A stretch of 7,858 bases of DNA from Octopus sinensis (taxonomy: Eukaryota): the NCBI RefSeq assembly GCF_006345805.1, contig NW_021828719.1, forward strand, positions 1 to 7,858, written 5' to 3'. The notes beneath the pieces were generated by a model. It did no database searches. It was not told where the DNA came from and was given only the letters and a program-made list of their open reading frames with translations. Below, in pieces: positions 1 through 7,413 of the stretch; positions within the stretch are counted from its first letter, which is position 1; the number at the start of each line of letters is the position of its first letter. The position numbers and the translations under genes were made by a program.

Positions 1-86
1 CAGTATTGCTCTTTCTCGAGAATACCACGTATTCCTTCCGACCTAAGTAACAGGAACTTAGACACAGTAAAAACAAATGTTGGCTA

Positions 87-146
87 ATATATATATATAT
101 ATATATATCTATATATATATATATTATATATATATATATATATATA
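87..146. repeat. (TA)n microsatellite, slightly imperfect
   Basis: Direct reading: TA dinucleotide run with two interruptions, followed by (CTTA)3 at 147-158. Confidence 0.97.
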
Positions 147-219
147 CTTACTTACTTAGGTGGACCCGCTCTACGCACGAGTAAGAGGTGTGGTTGTCAT
201 TTTCTGTTGCATCCTTTCG

Positions 220-530
220 GCACCATCCGAACGTGGCCGATGGCAGCACCTCCTTGATTGGCTTCTGTGCCGGTGGCACGTAAAAAGCACCAACCGATCG
301 TGGCCGCTGCCAGTGCCGCTCCCTCCGTGGCACCTGTGCGGGTGGCACGAAAAAACCACCCACTACAATCACGGAGTGGTTGGCGTTAGGAAGGGCATCC
401 AGCTGTAGAAACACTGTCAGATCAGACTGGAGCCTGGTGCAGCCTCCTGGCTTCCCAGACCCCGGTCAAACCGTCCAACCCGTGCTAGCACGGAAAACAG
501 ACGTTAAACGATGATGGTGATGATTATGAT
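220..530 (+). mobile_element. 5'-truncated SINE with internal ~68-bp tandem units and (GAT)n tail
   Basis: GC-rich island in AT-rich DNA; two related units (220-286, 287-355) ending gtgc(c/g)ggtggcacg-A-run; body motif ggagtggttggcgttaggaagggcatccagctgtagaaac that I recall from abundant octopus SINEs; 14-bp palindrome ccgtgctagcacgg at 480-493; degenerate (GAT)n tail 510-530. No Pol III head visible. Confidence 0.8.
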
Positions 531-648
531 TCTCCCTCTTTGTTTCTCTCTCCTTTCTCTCTCCCTTTCACACTCTCTTACTCTTCCTTTCTCTCGGACT
601 CTCCCTCGCTTTCTCTTACTCTCTATCTTTATCTATCTATCTCTCTCC
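531..648. repeat. CT-rich low-complexity polypyrimidine tract
   Basis: Almost entirely C/T with degenerate (CT)n and (CTAT)n. Confidence 0.9.
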
Positions 649-695
649 CATTTATAAACAACAAAAGATCTTGAGTAAGTTCAGAAAGAAAGTAG

Positions 696-1118
696 TTTGA
701 AAGATCAATCATAAATATCAGGCAGTGACAACGGAAAGGTCTGCTTCAAGGCAGAAAGCAAAACACTAACATTTAAAAGTGACAGACGAACTTGCGAGCT
801 GAATAAAATAAAAAAATATTGGAAACCAAAATTTGAAAGGATAGAATGTGAGGATAGTAGAGTCAGCATGGCTGGCATTTCTTAACGACGGACAGCAACG
901 TTTTGACAGTTTAACGGCTGGCGTAAAATTTTGAACTTGATGCGAAAGAAAATTCCTAAACACCAAGCTTTGAAGTGATTCTTTCTCACGACAGTGGACT
1001 CACCATGGCAAGCATTCAAAACTTCTTTATCATGGACGGCAACACATTGACGATTTAAAGGCTGGCGCAAATTTTTTAGCTTCATGTAACAGAGAATTCC
1101 TAAACACCCGCTCCTGTA
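696..1118. repeat. Diverged tandem repeat, period 137-144 bp, 2 clear units plus a decayed third
   Basis: 890-964 vs 1034-1108 align ungapped at 59/75; 854-880 vs 991-1017 at 20/27; anchors tttgaa at 696/832/969 and gcaa at 758/895/1039 keep the period. Confidence 0.8.
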
Positions 1119-1342
1119 AATTTTAATCCCCTTCAAGCCCCATTTAGACCTCTTTTCACATTTTGGTTAATATAACCCGATTTCATTCGGGTGTACTCGG
1201 GTCACATTTTATAAGATGAGGAATTTTGTCCTAGAGGCCACGCCTTTCATTTGAGGGAAAAATAGTTTCCATGCAAACTCGCCAGCACTTTTAACATAGG
1301 TGTGCATATTTTCAGCTCAACCGACCACATAATGCACACATT

Positions 1343-1409
1343 ATATATATATATATGTATACGAATCATATACATATATATATGTGTGTGTGTGTACGCA
1401 TTATATATA
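1343..1409. repeat. Compound (TA)n/(TG)n microsatellite
   Basis: Direct reading. Confidence 0.93.
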
Positions 1410-1484
1410 GAAATGTATACAAATAAATTAAATTAGAGATAAAACCACTATTAGGCAAATCAAACAGTGAAAAACATAAACGAA

Positions 1485-1683
1485 AACATAAAAATAAAAA
1501 TATAATATAGAAAATATATAAAATATAAAATTGAAAAATTTAAATTATTTAAATTTAAAATGAAAATTATTAATTTATATTTATAATTTTTTTAGAAAAT
1601 ATATATAACTATCAAAAAGTATTAAAAAGTTTAATATACATATTTATATATAGAACACACACACACACACACACATATATATA
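1485..1683. repeat. Extremely AT-rich low-complexity tract ending in (AC)10 (1655-1674) and (AT)n
   Basis: Nearly devoid of G/C over about 165 bp, then a perfect AC run. Confidence 0.88.
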
Positions 1684-1779
1684 AATTAACCCAATAAATA
1701 TCTGATTCATAATATTTGTTCTCATGATTGAGTGGTGGTGGTGGCGATGATAATTCTGTCTATGAATGCAGACAGACGT

Positions 1780-1930
1780 AGAGAGAGAGAGAGTAGTGAG
1801 AAAGCGCTGTCAAAAGTGGGGAGGAGGGAGATATAGAATGCCGTGACACGACGTTATAAAGGGAAACTGATGGGAAGGGAGGAAAGAGAGTGAGTGACGG
1901 AGGGAGACAGATACATAAAAGAATGAGAGT
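1780..1930. repeat. GA-rich low-complexity region
   Basis: (GA)n at 1780-1794 and purine-rich degenerate ggga/gaga units. Confidence 0.7.
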
Positions 1931-1939
1931 AGACTTGTC

Positions 1940-2138
1940 AAAGTGCGTTTTTGGCCCTAGCAACGACACCTTTAAGATGGGGATTTCTAACCTAACCCAC
2001 TGGCATCCTCATCTCATTTTACATCTCCCTGTAAATTTAGGAGTCAATCCGACGGGATCTAGTGGCTTTAACCCGTTCTCAATGCCAAAACCAAACAAAC
2101 AAACAAACAAACTTTTCGCATTTCAGAATTATAATATA
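1940..2138 (-). mobile_element. 5' fragment of a non-autonomous Helitron-like element (Lep1/DINE-type architecture)
   Basis: Minus strand reads tatattataattctgaaatgcgaaaa-(gttt)5-...ccact...ggattgactcctaaattt, resembling the 5' layout (ttataaatgcgaaa + GTTT microsatellite) I recall for Lep1-type non-autonomous Helitrons. No hairpin-CTAG 3' end found; left boundary approximate. Confidence 0.5.
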
Positions 2139-2257
2139 TATATATGTATATGTATATATATATATATGGCGTGTGAGTGCGTGTGCTTATATATATCTAT
2201 ATACACACACCATATATATAATATATATCTATATATTATATATATGTATTATATATA

Positions 2258-2335
<78 letters not shown>

Positions 2336-2345
2336 CATATACATA
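2134..2345. repeat. Compound (TA)n-(CA)n-(TA)n-(GA)n microsatellite
   Basis: Direct reading; accounts for ORFs 1890..2399 and 2062..2349. Confidence 0.96.
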
Positions 2346-2455
2346 TTAGAGGGAAACCAGTATGTGGACACACTTATGCTAAAAATAGGTCCTCTATAGA
2401 TATAATTAAATTAATGTCTAATTTCTCACCCTCATTTTAAATTTATATGTATATA

Positions 2456-2972
2456 CTAGCAGTATCGCCCGGCGTTTGCTCGGGTTTGTAAGGGAAATAA
2501 CTATATAAGCATTTTTAGAGAGTTACTTCCCTTATAATTCGGGCTTTCTTAGCCATTTTGTTTTTGGTGTCTTCAAGCCATGAAGTCGTTGTTCTAAAAG
2601 AACGCTGGTTTCCTTCACAACGCATTACGACGTTGATTTTCTTTCTTTACACCCCTTCCCCACAGCTTCACGAGGAGGAAAGGGGGAGAAGCAAACAGGT
2701 GCATTGTGAGCGTGGGACGCCAACTCCGCCGCCATAGACACACGATGCATTTTATTGCATTAAAATGGAAAATGATGTTAAAAATTATTTTAAAAATTAA
2801 AATCGAGACTCATCGTTGACGCGCGCTAATAGTCAGACGGGCTCGATATGAATCACGACTATAAGATACCGAATTTGGTTTAAAAACTGCACCGCAAAAT
2901 GTGGGAGGAGTTAGGAATCTAAATCGAAGGGGACAGACACTCACACAAACTAGAGTTTTATATATATATAGA
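2456..2972 (-). mobile_element. Complete non-autonomous Helitron (~517 bp)
   Basis: Minus strand begins TC-tatatatatataaaactctagtttgtgtgagtgtctgt (2972) and ends with GC hairpin cccgagc-aaac-gccggg (2484-2468) whose end lies 12 nt before the terminus CTAG (2459-2456), followed by T; no TSD. These are canonical Helitron termini (the 5' flanking base is T rather than the usual A). Confidence 0.85.
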
Positions 2973-3064
2973 ATATATACACATAATATATACACATATA
3001 CACACACACACGCACACACGCACACGCACACGCGCGCACACACGCACACACAGACATATATACA
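2973..3064. repeat. Compound (TA)/(CA)/(CG) microsatellite
   Basis: Unbroken purine-pyrimidine alternation 2986-3052. Confidence 0.95.
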
Positions 3065-3118
3065 TAGTGGTTCGGCAAAAGAGAACGATAGAATAAGTAC
3101 TAGGCTTACAAAGAATAA
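3065..3118 (+). mobile_element. Internal fragment of the same SINE family as 3637-4061
   Basis: Reverse complement aligns to 3724-3779, including 23 identical bases (3091-3113 vs 3729-3751). Confidence 0.9.
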
Positions 3119-3165
3119 CAAATTTACAATTTTTAAGTTGTGTATACATTTTTTGGGACACCCTG
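3119..3165. mobile_element. Orphan terminal inverted repeat of a Tc1/mariner-type DNA transposon or MITE
   Basis: Reverse complement reads TA|CAGGGTGTCCCAAAAAATGTATACAC, a typical Tc1/mariner end with the TA target at 3166-3167; no partner TIR in the window. Confidence 0.7.
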
Positions 3166-3636
3166 TATATACGCCTCATAACGTTTTATTTCATTTTGGG
3201 GAATTTTTTAGAGAAATTTTGGCGAATTTATATTCTATACACGGGAATTCATCCGTTTTAAAAAACAACGAACATAAAAAAAAATATTAAACATAAAATT
3301 ATTTTGGTGCACGATTTAAGGCCTGATTAGCTGTTATTTTTATCAACTTAACCACCCCTCATATGTCATATGTTTTAAAGCGTTCAAGAATAACCCTGTT
3401 GAATACGTTGAGAAATACGAAAAAAGATTGAGTCAATGAATGAGGAAAGAATTGTAGACAGGGATGTGGATTTAAAATCATTAAAGGAATGAAAGGCTTG
3501 CATAAGTTTAGAAGAAATTGTAAAAACAGAGAAAGTGAAAGTAAAAGCAAGAGAAACATCCTTTTGGAGATTTAAGGTGAAATGAACACACTAAGTCGCT
3601 TGAGACCTTTCTGAGAGAAATCAGAAAGTCTTTTTC

Positions 3637-4061
3637 TTACTCTTTTACTCCTTTACTTGTTTCAGTCATTTGCTGGCGGTCATGCTGGGGCACCGCCTTT
3701 ATTCGAACAATCGACCCCAGGACTTATACTTTGTAAGCCTAGTACTTATTCCATGCGGCTCTTTTTTGCCGAACCGCTAAGGGGACGGGACGTAACCACC
3801 ACCAGCATCGGTTGTCAAGCGATGTTGGTGGGCAAAAAATACACACCGAACACACACCACACACACACACACCGACATATATATATATACAATATATACG
3901 ACGGGCTTCTTTCAGTTTCCGTCTACCAAATCCACTTCACAAAGCTTTAGTCGCCCGAGGCTATAGCAGAAGACACTTGCACAAGGTGTCACGCAGTGGG
4001 ATTGAACCCGGAACCACGAGTTTGGTAAGCAAGCTACTTACCACACAGCCACTCCTTCGCC
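3637..4061 (-). mobile_element. Full-length tRNA-derived SINE with internal microsatellite
   Basis: Minus-strand head ggcgaaggag, A box tggctgtgtgg (4051-4041), B box ggttcaatccc (4008-3998); body gtggatttggtagacggaaactgaaagaagcccgtcg; internal TA/TG microsatellite ~3838-3898; short-repeat tail (gtaaaaga-like) 3637-3656. Matches my recollection of a very abundant octopus SINE. Confidence 0.92.
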
Positions 4062-4100
4062 TATAATTAATAATTATTTTTATTAAATGAAATACCTAAA

Positions 4101-4450
4101 GTTATATTTGTTATTCAACGGCACCGTAATTATTGCCCTAGGAATCATTACCCTATTTATATTTCAATTCATTTATTTGAAATCTATCCAAATTAAATCC
4201 TAATCCCAGCGGGATTCGAAGTCAAAATGTAAAGTTTCATGCTGAATACTAAAGATATTTTATCAGTCGATCATGATTTCTACAAATCCATCCATGTTCC
4301 TTTCCTTCTCTGTGGAACTGAGAAATAATAACTGTAAACTGAATGTAGTCAGCTACAGTATTCTAGATTATAGAATTATAAATTAATTTCAGTAATATTC
4401 TCTCTTTATTGATTCATATTATATGCCTCTTGTTTGAATAAAATACTTAC
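4101..4450. repeat. Local duplication, copy A
   Basis: Colinear with 4578-4937; identical blocks catgatttctacaaatccatc (4272-4292 = 4763-4783) and agtcagctacagtatt (4347-4362 = 4849-4864). Confidence 0.9.
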
Positions 4451-4486
4451 TCTATCAGGTCTAGTCAGAAACCAGACCTGATAGAG
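4450..4486. other. Perfect 13-bp inverted repeat (hairpin) with 11-nt loop
   Basis: ctctatcaggtct (4450-4462) is the exact reverse complement of agacctgatagag (4474-4486); acttactc (4445-4452) can alternatively pair with gagtaagt (4495-4502). Confidence 0.95.
4451..4477 (-). other. Candidate 27-nt micro-exon (phase 0 reading VWFLTRPDR)
   Basis: Minus strand: acttactcccgtttttctctatcAG|gtctggtttctgactagacctgataga|GTAAGTatttt. Strong pyrimidine tract, CAG acceptor, GTAAGT donor, length divisible by 3, one stop-free frame. No transcript evidence. Confidence 0.35.
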
Positions 4487-4577
4487 AAAAACGGGAGTAA
4501 GTTTTGAATTTAGCAGGCAAAATCACTTGGCATTCATTGAAATATTCCAGGCACCAGACAAGAAAAAATTGCCCAGT

Positions 4578-4937
4578 GTTATTTATTTTAATATTCAACA
4601 GCTCGCTAATCCTTATCCTAAGACTTATTACCCTATTTTCCATATCTATTCCTTTATTTTAAATCTGTCTATCTGCATTAAATCCTAAAATCACAGCAAA
4701 ATTCGAATCAGAACGTTAATTTTCAAGACAGAGTAGAAAGGATAGTTGATCATCAGTCGATCCATGATTTCTACAAATCCATCTCCGTCCTTTCCATTCT
4801 CATCGGAAGTGGAAAATGAAAATGGAAACCGAGTGTAATAAAAGCACAAGTCAGCTACAGTATTTTATATCATAGAATTATAAAAACAATTTCAGTAATT
4901 ATCTCTCTTTTCATTCTTAATATTATTAATCACTTAC
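4578..4937. repeat. Local duplication, copy B
   Basis: Offset about 480-500 bp from copy A with small indels; ends at acttac (4932-4937), i.e. minus-strand AAG|GTAAGT. Confidence 0.9.
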
Positions 4938-5078
4938 CTTAAGATTCTTGGCTGTTTACGGTTTTAAGTAAACTTCACTTTTAGTTGCAAATCGACCAAC
5001 TGGACGGGTCCCACTGGAATCAGTATTTTCTGCTTTTTTCGCGTTTCTTTTATGTCCGTTTCGATAAACAGGATTTCT

Positions 5079-5402
5079 TTATTACTTCCACCTTCGCTAA
5101 GACGGAGGTATTGTTTTCAGTCGTGTTTGTTTGTTCGTGAACAAGATATCTCAACAACCACTGGGTGGATTCAGAGATGTTTGACCTCGTGGCTGGCACG
5201 AACTGATTAAATTTTGAGATCGATCCTGTACCGGACAAGGATTCTGGATTATTTTCCCGTTTTTTACTTAATTTTTGAGAACGGTCGGGTTCAATTTTAG
5301 TATTCTTTTTTTGTGAGAGCAGCCAATTTTCTCCGGGCTAATTGTTGAGAGGAAGTTGGTGTTGCCTTCGCGGAGGTTGCGCTCCCTGAGTGCTCTTGGT
5401 TT
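5079..5402 (+). mobile_element. Non-autonomous Helentron-associated element (HINE/DINE-1-like)
   Basis: Starts ttattacttccacc (5' subterminal IR, with nearby inverted copy gacggaggta 5101-5110), then a (GTTT)n stretch; ends with 3' subterminal IR gcggaggt (5370-5377), stem-loop gcgctc-cct-gagtgc (5379-5393) and T-run; T-rich flanks, no TSD. Confidence 0.8.
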
Positions 5403-5950
5403 ATTTCTATTCTCTTTCGTTCCGATAATTTAAGAATAAATTAGGATTCTTCACAGTTGATTTCTTTTCAATGGCTTCGAAAACACGATATTGTCTTAAA
5501 ACAATTGCTCCAAATTTTTTTCACTCGTATAAAGATTGGTGTGTGAAACTTGTACTTCTTTCCTTCTTAAGTAAATTATCAGATTTCCTCACAGTTTCTT
5601 AGTTTTTCAATCACGACTGACTTTCATTCATCCATCATCGATTTTAGCATATAAACCGTCTGAAGTAAGTAGCTTGCATTTATATGCTTACTGAACAATA
5701 GTATTTTAACTTTTAACTTCGCAATATATCGATAGCTTTGAATATTTAATTTGCATTAGATACATTACACTTAACGGACCTCGAAAGAGGTGTGGTCAAC
5801 GAGTAAAGAAAGGAGTTAAGCTTTTTATTAAATAAAGCCGTATTGGAATGTAAGTTGATTTTAATTTTAAGAAAAAGGAAATATAAATAATGTCCACGAG
5901 AAAAGCATGAATGTTACAAAATTCCCTTGTAATAGCAAACTTCTTTACAA

Positions 5951-6258
5951 TTGTTGTTTGTTCCTTTCGAGCCATGCTTGGGCTCATAGGGCCGGTTTCC
6001 CGGTTTCTTTGGCGTATAGGTTCCCCCACCTGGACGGGACGCCGATCCGTCGCAGGTGAGCTGCAGATGAAGAGGAAAGACTGAGAGAAAGTTGTGGCGA
6101 AAGAGTCAGCAGAGGTTCGCCCATTATCTTCTGGCCGAGTCGCGTAGAGCTTAGGTATTTTCACTATAAACATACATCGCGCGCCGGCCTGAGATTTGAA
6201 TCCGCGATCCGTCGACCGAGAGTCCGCTGCTCTAACCACTAGGCCATGTGCCCCCCAC
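5951..6258 (-). mobile_element. Full-length tRNA-derived SINE (second family)
   Basis: Minus-strand head with A box tggcctagtgg (6246-6236) followed by ttagagc, B-box-like ggattcaaatctc (6203-6191); 3' motif cctgcgacggatcggcgtcccgtccagg; terminal hairpin gagcc/ggctc (5969-5985); (AAC)-type tail 5951-5962. Confidence 0.9.
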
Positions 6259-6673
6259 ACCCTTTAATCTTCCCTTGTGTGTTTGTATTTGACCAAGAGT
6301 ACATTCAATGTTAATACCAGATTTGCCTTCGATCGATAAAGGAGCTAATGATATCTTGAGATTGGTTCGATTCTTGTTGATCTACTTTAAACATATTACT
6401 CGTAAGTAAGAACAGGAATAAATATTGCAGAATTAAAAATCTAAATCTATTTTGACATGACGAATAAACAAGAAATAATTTGGGGTAGAAATCAGCAGAT
6501 TCAGAAAAGTGGTCATTTTAACGGGAAAACACGCAGCTTGGAATCTGGCATGCTAGTGTCGTTGTTGTTGTAGTTGTTAAACCACAGGTTTGGAATTAGT
6601 AACCTTTTATAGCTAAGACTACTGAGAGCGTGCCATAAGAACAACAACATTATCCAAACGTGTTTTTCTGATA

Positions 6674-6683
6674 TAATAATAAC

Positions 6684-6719
<36 letters not shown>

Positions 6720-6770
6720 AAATAAAATAATAATAATATAATAATAATAATATTAATAATAATAATAATA
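6674..6770. repeat. (TAA)n microsatellite, left flank of the retrotransposon
   Basis: Imperfect TAA run, direct reading. Confidence 0.95.
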
Positions 6771-7413
6771 AATAGAAATCAGCAAAATGTGGGAAGCTGA
6801 AGACTAAAACACTACCTGTTGTCATAGGTGCCCTGGGAATGATAGCGAAAGGGACTGATGCTACCTAACTCAGATACCAGGAAATCCCAAAATGGCAGAA
6901 ATTCCAAACGATAGTGCTCATGGGAACTGCTCATATCCTGCGCAAAATCTCTCTATGTAATCCCAAGGTTTAAAAAAAAACTTTTTTTTATTTTTATTTT
7001 TATTCTTTTTAATATAAAGATCTTGAAATAGAAATCAGAAAAATGTGGAACCTAAAGACTAAAACAATACCTGTTGTCATAGGTGCCCTGGGAATGAAAC
7101 AAAAGGGGCTGATAGCTACCTAACTCATATACCAGGAAACCCCAAAAATGGCAGAAATTCAAAGATAGTGCTCATGGAAATGCTCTATCCTACGCAAAAT
7201 ACTCTACTCTCTAAGTCTCCCAAGGTTAAAACAAACTTTTTTTATTTTAATTTTTATCTTTTTTTAATTTTATTTTTAGTATTAGACATTCACAGTACAA
7301 CACAAAAAAAAACCCCAAATATATGGCTCAGAACTTCCAACCTGTTGTCTCTTGAGGTCTCTGGGTGAGACTTGGAGCCAACTTGTACAGACATAAAGCA
7401 AAAGTCAAACATA

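Noticed and set aside
148-414. Three overlapping ORFs with a repeated peptide; repeat units superficially CRISPR-like
   Set aside because: Explained by the GC-rich SINE's two internal units; no unique spacers, no cas genes, eukaryotic context.
890-1090. In-frame TGA conserved in both tandem units on the plus strand (selenocysteine or alternative code)
   Set aside because: The same frame also has TAA and a frameshift, and no SECIS is evident; 3 conserved bases are expected at 79% identity.
1431-1480. attagagataaaaccactattaggcaaatcaaacagtgaaaaacata, vaguely familiar as a dispersed repeat end
   Set aside because: No structural hallmark or second copy in the window; cannot be classified without a search.
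1890-2399. 169-aa and 95-aa ORFs
   Set aside because: Open only because TA/CA/GA microsatellites lack stops (YI, HT, RE runs).
2810-3290. Overlapping ORFs of 103, 129 and 73 aa
   Set aside because: Composed of Helitron end, microsatellite and SINE/TIR fragments.
3410-3585. Purine-rich stretch translating to EIRKKIESMNEERIVDRDVDLKSLKE*KACISLEEIVK
   Set aside because: Internal stop, no convincing splice boundaries and no recognisable family; explained by A/G bias.
3603-3631. Hairpin ctttctga/tcagaaag followed by T-run, resembling a bacterial terminator
   Set aside because: Eukaryotic context; an 8-bp AT-rich stem is expected by chance and the T-run merges with the SINE tail.
3990-4061. tRNA gene
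   Set aside because: A and B boxes are present but continue into a SINE body and tail; no complete cloverleaf. The same applies to 6185-6258.
4938-5075. Long coding exon upstream of the minus-strand donor at 4937
   Set aside because: All three minus-strand frames contain stops within about 50 nt of the donor; only a non-coding or very short exon is possible.
5796-6260. 154-aa minus-strand ORF
   Set aside because: Begins at the head of a tRNA-derived SINE and runs through it into AT-rich flank; no recognisable domain.
6557-6650. (GTT)n and (AAC)n short tracts forming a loose inverted pair, possible old SINE tail
   Set aside because: Low-complexity match only; too degraded to call.
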